From Planctomycetota bacterium (GTDB taxonomy: Bacteria > Planctomycetota > B15-G4), in assembly GCA_965248575.1 (NCBI GenBank), contig CBDFJQ010000002.1:96001-160000 (forward strand): a DNA stretch of 64,000 nucleotides, given 5' to 3'. The notes under the pieces were generated by a model. It was not told the DNA's origin. It saw nothing but the letters and a program-made list of their open reading frames with translations, and made no database searches. How positions within the stretch are numbered: the stretch's first letter is position 1; every line of letters begins with the position of its first letter. The position numbers and the translations under genes were made by a program. Positions 38,569 through 47,810 of this stretch are shown one piece after another.

Positions 38569-39534
38569 TCAGCGGATCTGGCCTTCGAGGAACGGCACCT
38601 GGAAGACCTTCTCGTGCATGATCGGCCCGTGGCCGAAGTAGCCACTCTCACCGAAGAGCTCGCCATGGTCGGCGGTCACGGTGATGTAGGTGTTCTTGGG
38701 AACCATGTCGTACAGCGCAGGGAACACGGTCTCGTCGAGGTAGCGCACCGTGTCGATCTGCATCTCGCGCAGCTTGTCGAGCTTGTCCTGGTCAAAGAAC
38801 TTCGGCACCTGGTCGTCCTTGACCAGCTTGCCGCCCACGTTCTGGCTGTCGAGATGCTTGAAGACCCCGTGGATGCCACTGATACGCGGCCAGTTGCTGG
38901 GGTCCTCATCCGGCTTGACGAACGGGTAGTGCGTCTCGCCGACGTTGAGCAGGTGGAAAGACGGACGGTCGTCGTCGAAATGCAGCGTCGGCAACATGGC
39001 CATCATGTCGTTGTGCTTGTCCATCAGCTGGAAGCTGTCGAACGCGCGGTTGACACCCGTCTTGCTGTTGAGCACCGGCAGGGACACGCGAGCGTGGGTC
39101 GTGTAGCCCAGCTCGTTGCGCATGTACTCGGGCATCCACAGCGAAGGCACGAGCTTTCCGAACTCCATCCCCTTCGTGCCGAAGCGGGTGTTGTAGTTCA
39201 GGAAGTCCTCCTTGTAGTACTCGGAGGCGAACTCGTTCTGCGGGCTGACGTGGGGCAGCAGACCCATGAGCAGGTTGTAGTGGGACGGCCCGGTCCAGCT
39301 TGCATAGCTGAAGCGTGGGTCCACCTGCCCTCCGGAGAGCTTCGCGATGTTCTTGGGCTTGGCCGCCATGAACGAATCAAAACGGCATGAGTCCAGGATC
39401 ACGATGATGTAGTTGTTCTTCGCCTTGGGCTCGGAACGCGGGGCTGCAGAGGTCGCCGTGCGGATGCCGGCACCGGGTGCCGAGGGTGCCTGCACGTTGC
39501 GCGGCGGCTTCTTGAACATGTCGAGGATGCCCAT
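38569..39534 (-). CDS. Cytoplasmic sulfatase-fold metalloenzyme with Thr-type motif
   Basis: ILDSCRFD, SWTGPSH, ETHYP, ADHGE, GHG; no signal peptide. Confidence 0.8.
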   Translation of the reverse strand: MGILDMFKKPPRNVQAPSAPGAGIRTATSAAPRSEPKAKNNYIIVILDSCRFDSFMAAKPKNIAKLSGGQVDPRFSYASWTGPSHYNLLMGLLPHVSPQNEFASEYYKEDFLNYNTRFGTKGMEFGKLVPSLWMPEYMRNELGYTTHARVSLPVLNSKTGVNRAFDSFQLMDKHNDMMAMLPTLHFDDDRPSFHLLNVGETHYPFVKPDEDPSNWPRISGIHGVFKHLDSQNVGGKLVKDDQVPKFFDQDKLDKLREMQIDTVRYLDETVFPALYDMVPKNTYITVTADHGELFGESGYFGHGPIMHEKVFQVPFLEGQIR

Positions 39535-39579
39535 GTTCGGTAGCTCTCCAGAGGGGTCGAGGGGAACGAAGTGTGTGGG

Positions 39580-40734
39580 TCAGACGGTGGCTTTGTTGGC
39601 CATCGAATCGATCAGGATGTCGGCCACTTCGGGGCGCGTGAACTCGACGGGCGGACGCTCGCCGTTGGTCAGCATCTCGCGCACCTTGGTGCCCGAGAGG
39701 AACACCTTGTCCTCAGGCTTGGTGGCCGCAGCCGTCTTGCCGGACGCCATGGCGCCCGCGATCTTGTCCCAGAAGGAGTGCTCGAACATCAGGGGCGTGA
39801 TGCGGATCTCGTCGGCGGTGAAGTTGCCGAAGATCTCCTGGGCATCGTAGGTGCCGTAGTAGTCGCCCACGCCGGCGTGGTCGCGGCCCACGATGAAGTG
39901 GGTGCAGCCGTAGTTCTGGCGCAGGAGCGCGTGGAACAGGGCCTCGCGCGGGCCGGCGTAGCGCATGGCCTGGGGGTAGACAGCGAGAGCGACGCGGTCG
40001 TTCGGATAGTAGTTGTCGAGCAGCGTCGTGTAGCACTTCATGCGGACTTCAGCGGGGATGTCATCGCTCTTGGTCTCGCCCACGAGCGGGTGGACCAGGA
40101 GGCCATCGACGATCTCCAGTGCGCACTTGGTGAGGTACTCATGGGCGCGGTGGATCGGGTTGCGCGTCTGGAAGGCCACGACAGTCTTCCAGCCCTTCGT
40201 CTTGAACAACACGCGGGTCTCACGGGGCGAGAGGCGGTGGTCGTTGGCGAAGTTGTGCTTGGGCATGTTGAGCAGCGTGACCGGGCCGGCGAGGTAGCCG
40301 CCCTCGAGGCCATTCAGGTACTGCTTGCCGGGGTGCGCATCGTCCGTGGTGCCGAGAGTACCCTGGGCTTCGGTGTCCTTGTCGTAGCTGTAGGACTCCG
40401 TCAGGCCGAGCACACCGAGCAGCTCGCCGCCTTCGTCATGCAGGGCGATCAGGCTGCCGTTGTCGAAGCTGCCTCCCTTGCTCGACAAGGTGACGGGCAG
40501 GGGCCAGACGATGCCGTTGGCGAGGCGGCAGTTCTTGACCACTCCGTCCAGGTCAGCCTCGGTCATGAAGCCTTCGAGGGGGCTCATGGCACCCGTGGAG
40601 ATCATCTCGAGGTCGGACACTTCACGCGCGTTGAGCGTCAGCTTGGGCGCGGATGCAGCAGCGGCGAGCAGTTCGTCGCGCTGAGCTCCAGTGGCGATGC
40701 GGTTGATCAGGCGTCCACCGTGGGCGGGAATCAT
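39580..40734 (-). CDS. sat: Sulfate adenylyltransferase (ATP sulfurylase, Sat type)
   Basis: SPLEGFM, FQTRNPIHRAHE, MRYAGPREA, VGRDHAGVG, SGTKVRE. Confidence 0.96.
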   Translation of the reverse strand: MIPAHGGRLINRIATGAQRDELLAAAASAPKLTLNAREVSDLEMISTGAMSPLEGFMTEADLDGVVKNCRLANGIVWPLPVTLSSKGGSFDNGSLIALHDEGGELLGVLGLTESYSYDKDTEAQGTLGTTDDAHPGKQYLNGLEGGYLAGPVTLLNMPKHNFANDHRLSPRETRVLFKTKGWKTVVAFQTRNPIHRAHEYLTKCALEIVDGLLVHPLVGETKSDDIPAEVRMKCYTTLLDNYYPNDRVALAVYPQAMRYAGPREALFHALLRQNYGCTHFIVGRDHAGVGDYYGTYDAQEIFGNFTADEIRITPLMFEHSFWDKIAGAMASGKTAAATKPEDKVFLSGTKVREMLTNGERPPVEFTRPEVADILIDSMANKATV

Positions 40735-40755
40735 CTTCTGTCTCTCTCTGTGTTG

Positions 40756-40798
40756 AAAAAAAAAGCAGGCTGGGTGCGCTGAGAGCGCGGGTGCCTAC
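40756..40798 (-). terminator. Candidate intrinsic terminator/attenuator between the RHH gene and sat
   Basis: RNA GUAGGC-ACCC-GCGCU-CUC-AGCGC-ACCCA-GCCUGC followed by U9; the stem includes the UAG stop. Confidence 0.45.
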
Positions 40799-41034
40799 AG
40801 GTATCCGAGGTTTTCGAGCTTGCGCCGGATGTCGGCCAGCTCGTCGTTAGTGAAGTTGTTGCGTGCCACACCCGCTTCCGGGTCGGTCTTCTCGAGGGCG
40901 CGGTCGCCCACGAGGTCGCGCAGGACGAACACGATGAAGTCCGTGGCCGAGCTGAAGCCCGAGTCGGTGATCACCTCTTGAATACGCTCGTAGAGCGGCC
41001 GAGGGATCTTCACGGTGACCTTGCGGTCCTTCAT
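40795..41034 (-). CDS. 79-aa CopG/ribbon-helix-helix protein with LGY tail
   Basis: VTVKIP-helix-GFSSATDFIVFVLR; ends IRRKLENLGYL. Confidence 0.85.
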   Translation of the reverse strand: MKDRKVTVKIPRPLYERIQEVITDSGFSSATDFIVFVLRDLVGDRALEKTDPEAGVARNNFTNDELADIRRKLENLGYL

Positions 41035-41142
41035 GGGGGCCTTTGTGCTGCGTGACAAGAGGTAGGGGTCGGGCGCAAGAAGCGAACGGAGAGCTGATTC
41101 GGGATTCAGGGGCTCCAACTGGAGGGCGATCAAACTTCTTGA

Positions 41143-41173
41143 TGCACTCCAATGACACTCCGATTGGAGTGCA
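41143..41173. promoter_or_regulatory. Perfect 11-bp inverted repeat TGCACTCCAAT-N9-ATTGGAGTGCA in a divergent intergenic region
   Basis: Read directly; about 110 bp upstream of the cluster's first gene. A regulatory role is inferred. Confidence 0.55.
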
Positions 41174-41470
41174 GAACCATATCCTTCTGTTCCGGCTTGG
41201 CAAGAGGCTGATGCCAGAATTGGTGGACTTGCAGCCCCGAGCGCGCAGGGGGAGGGGGAATGGGGCTCAGAAGGGTCCCGGGAGCCTATCCCGTGTCCAG
41301 TGCTGGGCCAGTCCGCCTAGCCGTTCGACTCTGGGGGTCGGTGGCGTATCCTTCCCACCCGCGCGGGAGGGGCTGACCCGGCCCTGACCCACCGATTTCT
41401 CCAATCCCCCAGCGCCCAACAGTCGAGAGCCGCCAGCCGTTCTCTCGCTCAGCACACGGAGTGACACACC

Positions 41471-41971
41471 ATGAAGACCCTTCCTTGCCTGATTCTCACC
41501 GCCAGCATGGCCTTGATGGCCTGCGGTGCGCCGCCTTTGGACGATGCTGTCGCTGGCCTGCAGAGCTCCTTTGATGGCGGTTCCTACGAAGAAGTGCTTG
41601 AGGGTGCCCCTGCCGTGCTCGAGCGTTGTGGCGCCGAAGAGGGCGGTGAGGCGAAGGGCTGGAAGGTCGAGAAGCTGCGCTTGCTCGCGCTCGGCAAGCT
41701 GGGTCGCGGCACCGAAGCGGCGGAAGACCTGACCCGCCTCCACGCTGCCTACGCCGGCAAGGTCAAGGCCGAACTCTACGCCCAGGTCGGTGGCTACGTC
41801 ACCGCGACGGGCGAGTACACGGAGGCGATTGCCGTCCTGGATGCCGGCGTGAAGGCCTTCCCGGACAAGAAGGCAGCACTGACCCCGCAGATTTCAGACC
41901 TGTCCGCCAAGGCCTCTGCGGCCGGCGACGATTCCGCCATCGCGGCGCTGAAGGCGCTCGGCTACCTGTAG
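41471..41971 (+). CDS. Helical (TPR-like) lipoprotein with LGY tail
   Basis: Lipobox LMAC; GEYTEAIAVLDAGVKAFP is TPR-like; ends IAALKALGYL. Confidence 0.75.
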   Translation: MKTLPCLILTASMALMACGAPPLDDAVAGLQSSFDGGSYEEVLEGAPAVLERCGAEEGGEAKGWKVEKLRLLALGKLGRGTEAAEDLTRLHAAYAGKVKAELYAQVGGYVTATGEYTEAIAVLDAGVKAFPDKKAALTPQISDLSAKASAAGDDSAIAALKALGYL

Positions 41972-41984
41972 GCAGCCGCCTGCG

Positions 41985-42923
41985 CTAGCGCATGAGCAGC
42001 CAAACGATGGCCGCGAGTGCCAGAGCCATGAGAACCCAGGTGCTCTTGCCCGGTTCTCGTGGCTCTTTCCGTTCTTGGGCCCTTTGCTCGAGCTCGTGGC
42101 GGGCGTCCATGCGCAGCTCGGTCAAGCTGCCGGGGTGCAGCAGGCGGCGCTCCAAGAGCAGTTCGTCGAGGCTGCGGCCGCTTCGGGAGTACTCGAGCAA
42201 GAGGTTCTTGGCCGTGCGTCGGGGAATGTGACCGCCGCGCTTCAAGTGGTGCAGGAACTGCTTGGCCGCCACCCCCTGCTCCCCTGAGCCCTGCAGGAAC
42301 AGGATGTCCACGTCGCCCAGGATGAGGTGGGTGCCGGGGACCAGCGGTCGCGCCTGAGTGACGGGGATCAGCCCGACGCGGGTGCCGTTGGTGCTGGCCA
42401 GGTCTTCGAGGCTCCAGCCGCTTTGGCTCCAGCTGATCCGGGCGTGTTCAGCGGAGACCGAAGGGTGATCGACCCGGACGTCACACTGCTCGCCTCGCCC
42501 GAGCAGGGCTTCGGGCACGGGCAGGGAATGGGTCACGACGTGCTCGTCGGTGACCACGATCACCCGGGGGTCGGCGGGAGCAACCGGCGGGCTCGGCTCC
42601 GGGCTGGGCCCCACGTCGTCCCCCAGATGGACGTCCAGCACCGTGTCACCCAGCATGAGCTGGCTGCGGTCTTCCAAGGGCGTGGATTGGCCAGGGCCCA
42701 GGCGTGGTTCCCCCGCGACCCGGGTGCCGTTGGCGCTGCCGACGTCGACGAACAACCACCCCTCAGGGCCCTGTTCGATGCGTCCGTGTTGAGCGCTCAC
42801 CTCGGGATCGTCCAAGCTGATGTCATTGGTCTTGGCGCGCCCGAAGCTCATGGGCGGGCGCAGGACCACATCCCTCGGTGTGCTGCCGTCTGTCAGGATT
42901 CGTACGAACGCGGCCTTGCCCAT
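41985..42923 (-). CDS. Tandem FHA-domain protein with C-terminal TM
   Basis: Two G-R...S..H...D..S.NGT sets. Confidence 0.88.
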   Translation of the reverse strand: MGKAAFVRILTDGSTPRDVVLRPPMSFGRAKTNDISLDDPEVSAQHGRIEQGPEGWLFVDVGSANGTRVAGEPRLGPGQSTPLEDRSQLMLGDTVLDVHLGDDVGPSPEPSPPVAPADPRVIVVTDEHVVTHSLPVPEALLGRGEQCDVRVDHPSVSAEHARISWSQSGWSLEDLASTNGTRVGLIPVTQARPLVPGTHLILGDVDILFLQGSGEQGVAAKQFLHHLKRGGHIPRRTAKNLLLEYSRSGRSLDELLLERRLLHPGSLTELRMDARHELEQRAQERKEPREPGKSTWVLMALALAAIVWLLMR

Positions 42924-42988
42924 GCGCAGCCTTTATACACATCGTGCGCCCTCGTCTCTGGGTAGGGAGGTGGGTACACTCCGCCGCC

Positions 42989-43345
42989 ATGTCCACCCAA
43001 CCCAGCAAGCAGCTCGAAACCTTCCCGAACCCGCGCCCTGGCCGGGTCTACGAGATCTCTTTCGAGTGCCCGGAATTCACCTGCGTCTGTCCCAAGACGG
43101 GGCAGCCCGACTTCGCCACGATCCGCATCGATTACATCCCCGATGAGCTCTGCGTCGAGCTGAAGTCCTTGAAGCTCTACCTCTGGTCCTTCCGCGACGA
43201 GGGCGCCTTCCACGAGGCGGTCACGAACCAGATCCTGGACGACCTGGTGGAGCTGCTCTCACCGGCCAGCATGGACGTCGAGGGTGACTTCATGGTGCGC
43301 GGAGGCATCCACACCGTGGTCAACGTCTCCTACGAAGTCGAGTAG
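42989..43345 (+). CDS. queF: NADPH-dependent 7-cyano-7-deazaguanine reductase (preQ1 synthase, short type)
   Basis: [30 protein letters not shown]. Confidence 0.93.
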   Translation: MSTQPSKQLETFPNPRPGRVYEISFECPEFTCVCPKTGQPDFATIRIDYIPDELCVELKSLKLYLWSFRDEGAFHEAVTNQILDDLVELLSPASMDVEGDFMVRGGIHTVVNVSYEVE

Positions 43346-43353
43346 GCCCCGGC

Positions 43354-43785
43354 TCAGCTCTCGAAGCTGAGGCCCGGCAGGAGCTGCCCGTTGCTGCGGT
43401 CGAGGAGCATGTTCACGGCGCGGCGTGGGACCTTTCCCACCTGGCTCGTACGTTCCACGCGATAGGTCAGCTGAGTGCCGTCCGAGAGTTGGGCGCTTCC
43501 GGCGTAGCCTTTCAGCGGGGCGTCCTGCTGGCTGAAGTCCGACACGGCGTCCAGGCTTTCGAGGGTTTGCAGCAACTCGGCCCGGATGCCGTCCACGAAG
43601 GGCTCGGGCACTGCGAAGTGCAGGTCGAGCTGTGTGTACGGCGGCCACTGGATCGAGTCGTCGTCGCCTTCGATCCAAAATCCCTCCACCCGCTGGTCGG
43701 CAGTGAGCAGCGCCGCCAGGCGGTGGACGAAGTCCGTTGCGTGGTGGGCACCAGGTGGCGTGGGGCGAGGCGTGGGATCGGGCAT
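43354..43785 (-). CDS. Hypothetical protein, possibly a degenerate nucleotidyltransferase fold
   Basis: VEGFWIEG...YTQLDLHFAV loosely matches hG[S]...DhD; fills the gap between queF and thiO. Confidence 0.5.
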   Translation of the reverse strand: MPDPTPRPTPPGAHHATDFVHRLAALLTADQRVEGFWIEGDDDSIQWPPYTQLDLHFAVPEPFVDGIRAELLQTLESLDAVSDFSQQDAPLKGYAGSAQLSDGTQLTYRVERTSQVGKVPRRAVNMLLDRSNGQLLPGLSFES

Positions 43786-43897
43786 GGGTGCGACACATTA
43801 TCAGACCCGACTGCTCGAGCAGCGTGCCAGGACCGGGCCAGGACCGTGAATGGACGGTGCAGGGGCCGGCCCGCAGCAGTGTGCTAGAACGGCGGCC

Positions 43898-45022
43898 ATG
43901 CAGATTCTCGTGGTTGGTGCCGGCATCCAGGGGCTCGCTGCGGCCACCGCCCTGGCCCAGGAGGGCCACCTCGTTCAGGTCGTGGAGCGGGAGCGTCCCG
44001 GGTCTCGCGCCAGTTGGGTGGCCGCGGGGCTGTTGACACCCAGCAGCCCGTGGAAGTACCCGCCGGGCCTGATCGATTTGTGTCACGCCTCGGAGAACCG
44101 CTATGGGGCGTTCGTTGCTGACCTGGTGCAGCAGACCGGCTTGGACCCGCAGTACGAGAACCAGGGGATGCTGTACCCCGAGGGGTTGGGCTTCCGCTCC
44201 GCGCAGGTCGCGGAGCACACCCGCCGGCGCTGTGAGCTGGGATTCGCCGTGCAGCGCCTCGATCGTCATGAGCTGGATCGTCTCCAGCCAGGGCTCGGGA
44301 GCGAACTGGAAGGCGCCGCCTGGCAGCCGCACAGCGGCCGGGTGCGTTCCCCGCGACTCGTCGCGGCCTTGCTACGGCGGGCGATTCAACGTGGCGTGGA
44401 CATCATCTCTGGCTGCGGGGTGGATTCCCTGCTCAGCAAGGCTGGGCGCGTGTCCGGCGTCCGGCTGGAGAACGGCCAGTGCCTGGAAGCAGAGGCGGTG
44501 GTGCTCGCCGCCGGCTCCTGGTCAGGGGGGCTCGCCGCAAGTTTGGGGCTGAGTCTGGATGTGCGGCCGGTGCGCGGCCAGATCTTGCTCTTGCGAGGGC
44601 CGCCGGGCGTCCTGGTCCCCACACTCAATGATGGTGACTGCTACTTGGTGCCGCGCCGCGACGGCCGCATCCTGGTGGGTAGCACCATGGAAGACGTCGG
44701 CTTCGAGGCCGTGACGCAGCCCGAGGCGCTGAGCCGTTTGCGGGAGTTGGCGCTGCGCTTGTTGCCGGCGACGGAACACATGGAGGTGGAGACGGACTGG
44801 GCGGGCCTGCGACCGGGAACGCCCGACCGCTTGCCTTACATCGGTGCCGTCCCCGAGCTCCCAGGCTTGGTCTTGGCGACGGGGCACTATCGAAACGGCA
44901 TCCTGCTCGCGCCCATCACGGCGCAGCTCGTGGCCGATGTTGTGGCAGAGCGGGAACCTTGCATCGACATCAGACCCTACGCCCCGCGACCCATCGATCC
45001 CGATGCGGTGCTGGCCTGTTGA
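43898..45022 (+). CDS. thiO: Glycine oxidase ThiO / D-amino-acid oxidase family
   Basis: VVGAGIQG, ASWVAAGLL, PVRGQ, YLVPR.DG, WAGLRP, GHYRNGILLAP. Confidence 0.8.
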   Translation: MQILVVGAGIQGLAAATALAQEGHLVQVVERERPGSRASWVAAGLLTPSSPWKYPPGLIDLCHASENRYGAFVADLVQQTGLDPQYENQGMLYPEGLGFRSAQVAEHTRRRCELGFAVQRLDRHELDRLQPGLGSELEGAAWQPHSGRVRSPRLVAALLRRAIQRGVDIISGCGVDSLLSKAGRVSGVRLENGQCLEAEAVVLAAGSWSGGLAASLGLSLDVRPVRGQILLLRGPPGVLVPTLNDGDCYLVPRRDGRILVGSTMEDVGFEAVTQPEALSRLRELALRLLPATEHMEVETDWAGLRPGTPDRLPYIGAVPELPGLVLATGHYRNGILLAPITAQLVADVVAEREPCIDIRPYAPRPIDPDAVLAC

Positions 45023-45543
45023 TGATGGATGCTGCGAGCACGCGCACTCCAGCATTGCTTCGGGCCTGCGGCCTCGCGCTGTTGTTGTGTGCTGCGGGCA
45101 GGCTCGCGCGGGAGCCCCAAGTCATCTCCTTGGCATCCGCTGAGTGGACGCGCAATGGAGTCCCTGTCGATGGTCTCGCGCGCGAGCACCTGACCAAGTC
45201 GGCGCAGGAGCCGGGAGCGCCGCCCCTGCGCGTGCGCCTACCAGTCGACGGTCGGGGAGTCCGCTGGGCAACGGTCTTCAGCACCGTAGCGGCGGGCACT
45301 CATCGCTTGCAGCTCGACTGGGAGCCCGGGCCCGAGGGGATGCTGTTCGAGATCCTGCTCGACGGGGAGCGTGTCTCCCCGGCGCGCGACGCTTGGCGAC
45401 CGAGTCGGCGTCACCTGCGCACGGATCTCGGCCCGCGCTGGTTAGGTGCTGGGGCGCATCTGATCGAGTTCATCGCTCGGGAAGAGGTGTCCCAGGGAGA
45501 GTTGGTGCTGCGCTCTCTGGACCTGCGAGCCCCCGGCGGCTGA
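45022..45543 (+). CDS. Hypothetical exported beta-sandwich protein
   Basis: TGATG coupling to thiO; hydrophobic leader; LGAGAHLIEF. Confidence 0.55.
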   Translation: MMDAASTRTPALLRACGLALLLCAAGRLAREPQVISLASAEWTRNGVPVDGLAREHLTKSAQEPGAPPLRVRLPVDGRGVRWATVFSTVAAGTHRLQLDWEPGPEGMLFEILLDGERVSPARDAWRPSRRHLRTDLGPRWLGAGAHLIEFIAREEVSQGELVLRSLDLRAPGG

Positions 45544-45702
45544 GGGCTGCGATCCACGCTGAGCTGGGTCGTGCCCGCTGATCGACAGTCTTGCGAGCCA
45601 ATCGAGATCCCGGCATTATATGAGCGCGCTCATAAAGAGAGCGCCGCGCTCTGTTCTGGTGGGGTGCGTTTCTCGGGACCGCCTCCCTCCGAGCCCCTTG
45701 CG

Positions 45703-46986
45703 ATGCGTGTGTTGCTGGCGACTTTTGGGTCCTTCGGGGACGTCAACCCATACATCGGGTTGGCCAGCGCCCTGCAGAAGCGAGGGCATGAGGGCGTGGT
45801 GGCAGCACCGGAGGCCTATCGCGAGGTGGTGGAGCGCGAAGGCCTGCCGTTCCGTCCGTTGCGCCCCGATGCAGACCTCCAGGATCGCGAGGCCTTGGCG
45901 CGTGTGATGGACCCCAAGACCGGTGTCTTCTACTTGCTTGAGGAGGTGCTGCTGCCGGCGCTGCGGGAGAGCTATGACGACCTGCTGGCGGCTGTGCAGG
46001 ATTGCGATGTCTTCGTATCCCACACCATGGTCTACGCGGGGCCGCTTGTGGCGGATGCCACGGGGCTGCCCTGGGCCAGTGGCACGCTGCAGCCCATGGC
46101 CTTCATGTCGCCCTACGACCCACCGATCCTGTCTCCGATGCAGGAGCTGGCGTGGGTCCGACACCTCGGGCGATGGCCCAACGCTGCGCTGTTCGGTTTG
46201 GGGCGCCTGGCGGTCAAGAAGTGGGTGAGGCCCATCGAAGAGCTGCGACGCAGCCTGAACCTACCGCTGCGAAAGAACCCGATCTATGAGGGGCAGTTCT
46301 CACCGCAGCTCGCTCTGGCGTTGTTCTCCCGGGAACTCGGCGCGCCTCAACCCGATTGGCCGCGCAGCGCCCTGCAGCCGGGCTTCGTGACCTACGCTGG
46401 CAGCCACGGACCCACGACGCTTTCAGCAGAACTGCGGGACTTCCTCGATGCGGGCGAGGCGCCGATCGTGTTCACGCGCGGGACCTCCTCTGTCACTTCG
46501 CTCGATGCCCTTTTCGACGAAGGTCTTGCTGCGGCTCGCCAGCTCGGTCTGCGGGCGATCTTCGTCGGCGACAAGCATGAAACCCTGTTGGGGGGTCACG
46601 ATGCGCTGGGCTCCCAGTTTCTGCACGTGGGCTCTGCCCCCTTCATGCCGCTGTTTGCCGAGGCGTGTCTGGTGGTTCATCCAGGAGGCGTTGGAACGGT
46701 CGGCATCAGCATGTTGGCCGGGCGCCCCTCACTGATCGTGCCGGTGTCAGCCGATCATCCAGACAATGCGGCCCGCATGGTGAAGCTAGGTGTGGCCCGC
46801 ACGCTGCGGCCGAAACAGTGCAGCGCAGCGCGGCTCGCCAACGAGCTGCAGCAATTGAGACAGCCGGGATGGCTTCAACGGGCCGAAGCGCTTGCGAGAC
46901 GTGTGAGGGCCGAGCCGGGTGCAGCTGGTGCTTGCGATGCACTCGAGCTCTTGGCTCGTGGAGATCACTGTCGTCCTGCTTCGTGA
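45703..46986 (+). CDS. GT1-family glycosyltransferase (RhlB/sterol-GT-like)
   Basis: GSFGDVNP and VHPGGVGT...AGRP.LIVP...DHPDNA. Confidence 0.88.
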   Translation: MRVLLATFGSFGDVNPYIGLASALQKRGHEGVVAAPEAYREVVEREGLPFRPLRPDADLQDREALARVMDPKTGVFYLLEEVLLPALRESYDDLLAAVQDCDVFVSHTMVYAGPLVADATGLPWASGTLQPMAFMSPYDPPILSPMQELAWVRHLGRWPNAALFGLGRLAVKKWVRPIEELRRSLNLPLRKNPIYEGQFSPQLALALFSRELGAPQPDWPRSALQPGFVTYAGSHGPTTLSAELRDFLDAGEAPIVFTRGTSSVTSLDALFDEGLAAARQLGLRAIFVGDKHETLLGGHDALGSQFLHVGSAPFMPLFAEACLVVHPGGVGTVGISMLAGRPSLIVPVSADHPDNAARMVKLGVARTLRPKQCSAARLANELQQLRQPGWLQRAEALARRVRAEPGAAGACDALELLARGDHCRPAS

Positions 46987-47009
46987 AGCGGAGCCCGCGT
47001 GGAGAGCCC

Positions 47010-47708
47010 TCAGGAGGCGCTGGCGTTGTCCTTGCCCAGCATGCGGTAGAGCAGGGCGCCAGCAATGCCACCCACGATGGGTGCCACCCAGAACAGCCAG
47101 AGTTGCTCCACGGCCCAGCCGCCGGCGAAGAGCGCGACGCCCGTGCTGCGCGCAGGGTTCACGGAGGTGTTGGTGACAGGGATGCTGATCAGGTGGATCA
47201 GGGTGAGGCCCAGACCGATGGCGACCGGCCCCAGGCCAGCGGGCGCGCGCTTGTCCGTCGCTCCCAGGATGATCACCAGGAACATCATGGTCATGACGAT
47301 CTCGGTGATGAGGGCCGCTTGCATGCTGAAGCCGCCGGGAGAGTGTTCACCGAAACCGTTGGAAGCGAAGCCCGCGCTGACATCGAAGCCCGCTTGGCCG
47401 CTGGCGATGAGGTAGAGCACACCGCCGCCAGCGAGGCCGCCGATCACCTGGGCCACGATGTAGGGCACCAGCTGGCCCGCTGGGAAACGCCCTCCCACGC
47501 AGAGGCCGATGGAGACGGCGGGGTTGAGGTGGCAACCCGAGATGTGGCCGAGCGCGAAGGCCATGGTGAGCACCGTCAGGCCGAAGGCCAGGGACACACC
47601 GAGCAGGCCGATGCCGACATCCGGGAAGGCGGCGGCCAGGACCGCGCTGCCACAACCGCCCAGGACCAACCAGAATGTTCCCACGAATTCTGCCGCGTAC
47701 TTCTGCAT
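47010..47708 (-). CDS. aqpZ: Aquaporin Z
   Basis: [12 protein letters not shown] and [22 protein letters not shown]. Confidence 0.96.
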   Translation of the reverse strand: MQKYAAEFVGTFWLVLGGCGSAVLAAAFPDVGIGLLGVSLAFGLTVLTMAFALGHISGCHLNPAVSIGLCVGGRFPAGQLVPYIVAQVIGGLAGGGVLYLIASGQAGFDVSAGFASNGFGEHSPGGFSMQAALITEIVMTMMFLVIILGATDKRAPAGLGPVAIGLGLTLIHLISIPVTNTSVNPARSTGVALFAGGWAVEQLWLFWVAPIVGGIAGALLYRMLGKDNASAS

Positions 47709-47810
47709 GACCGCCCCCTCGATGGATGTGTCGGTGAATTGGAAGGGCGAACGGCGACAGCGTACAGCGGGCCGGGTGTCCGAAGCCTGATGCTGCGGAC
47801 GGGAACCCTG

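Noticed and set aside
38522..38571. Two hairpins after the metalloenzyme stop codon as a terminator
   Set aside because: No U-tract on the coding strand; at most RNA-stability elements.
37750..40734. sat/cysC as dissimilatory sulfate reduction or cysteine assimilation
   Set aside because: No aprAB, dsr, cysH or cysI/sir in the window and the context is AlkP/membrane genes. Such genes could exist elsewhere in the genome.
42989..43345. queF as part of a 7-deazaguanine DNA-modification island
   Set aside because: No dpdA/tgt-like or other dpd genes nearby; consistent with ordinary queuosine synthesis.
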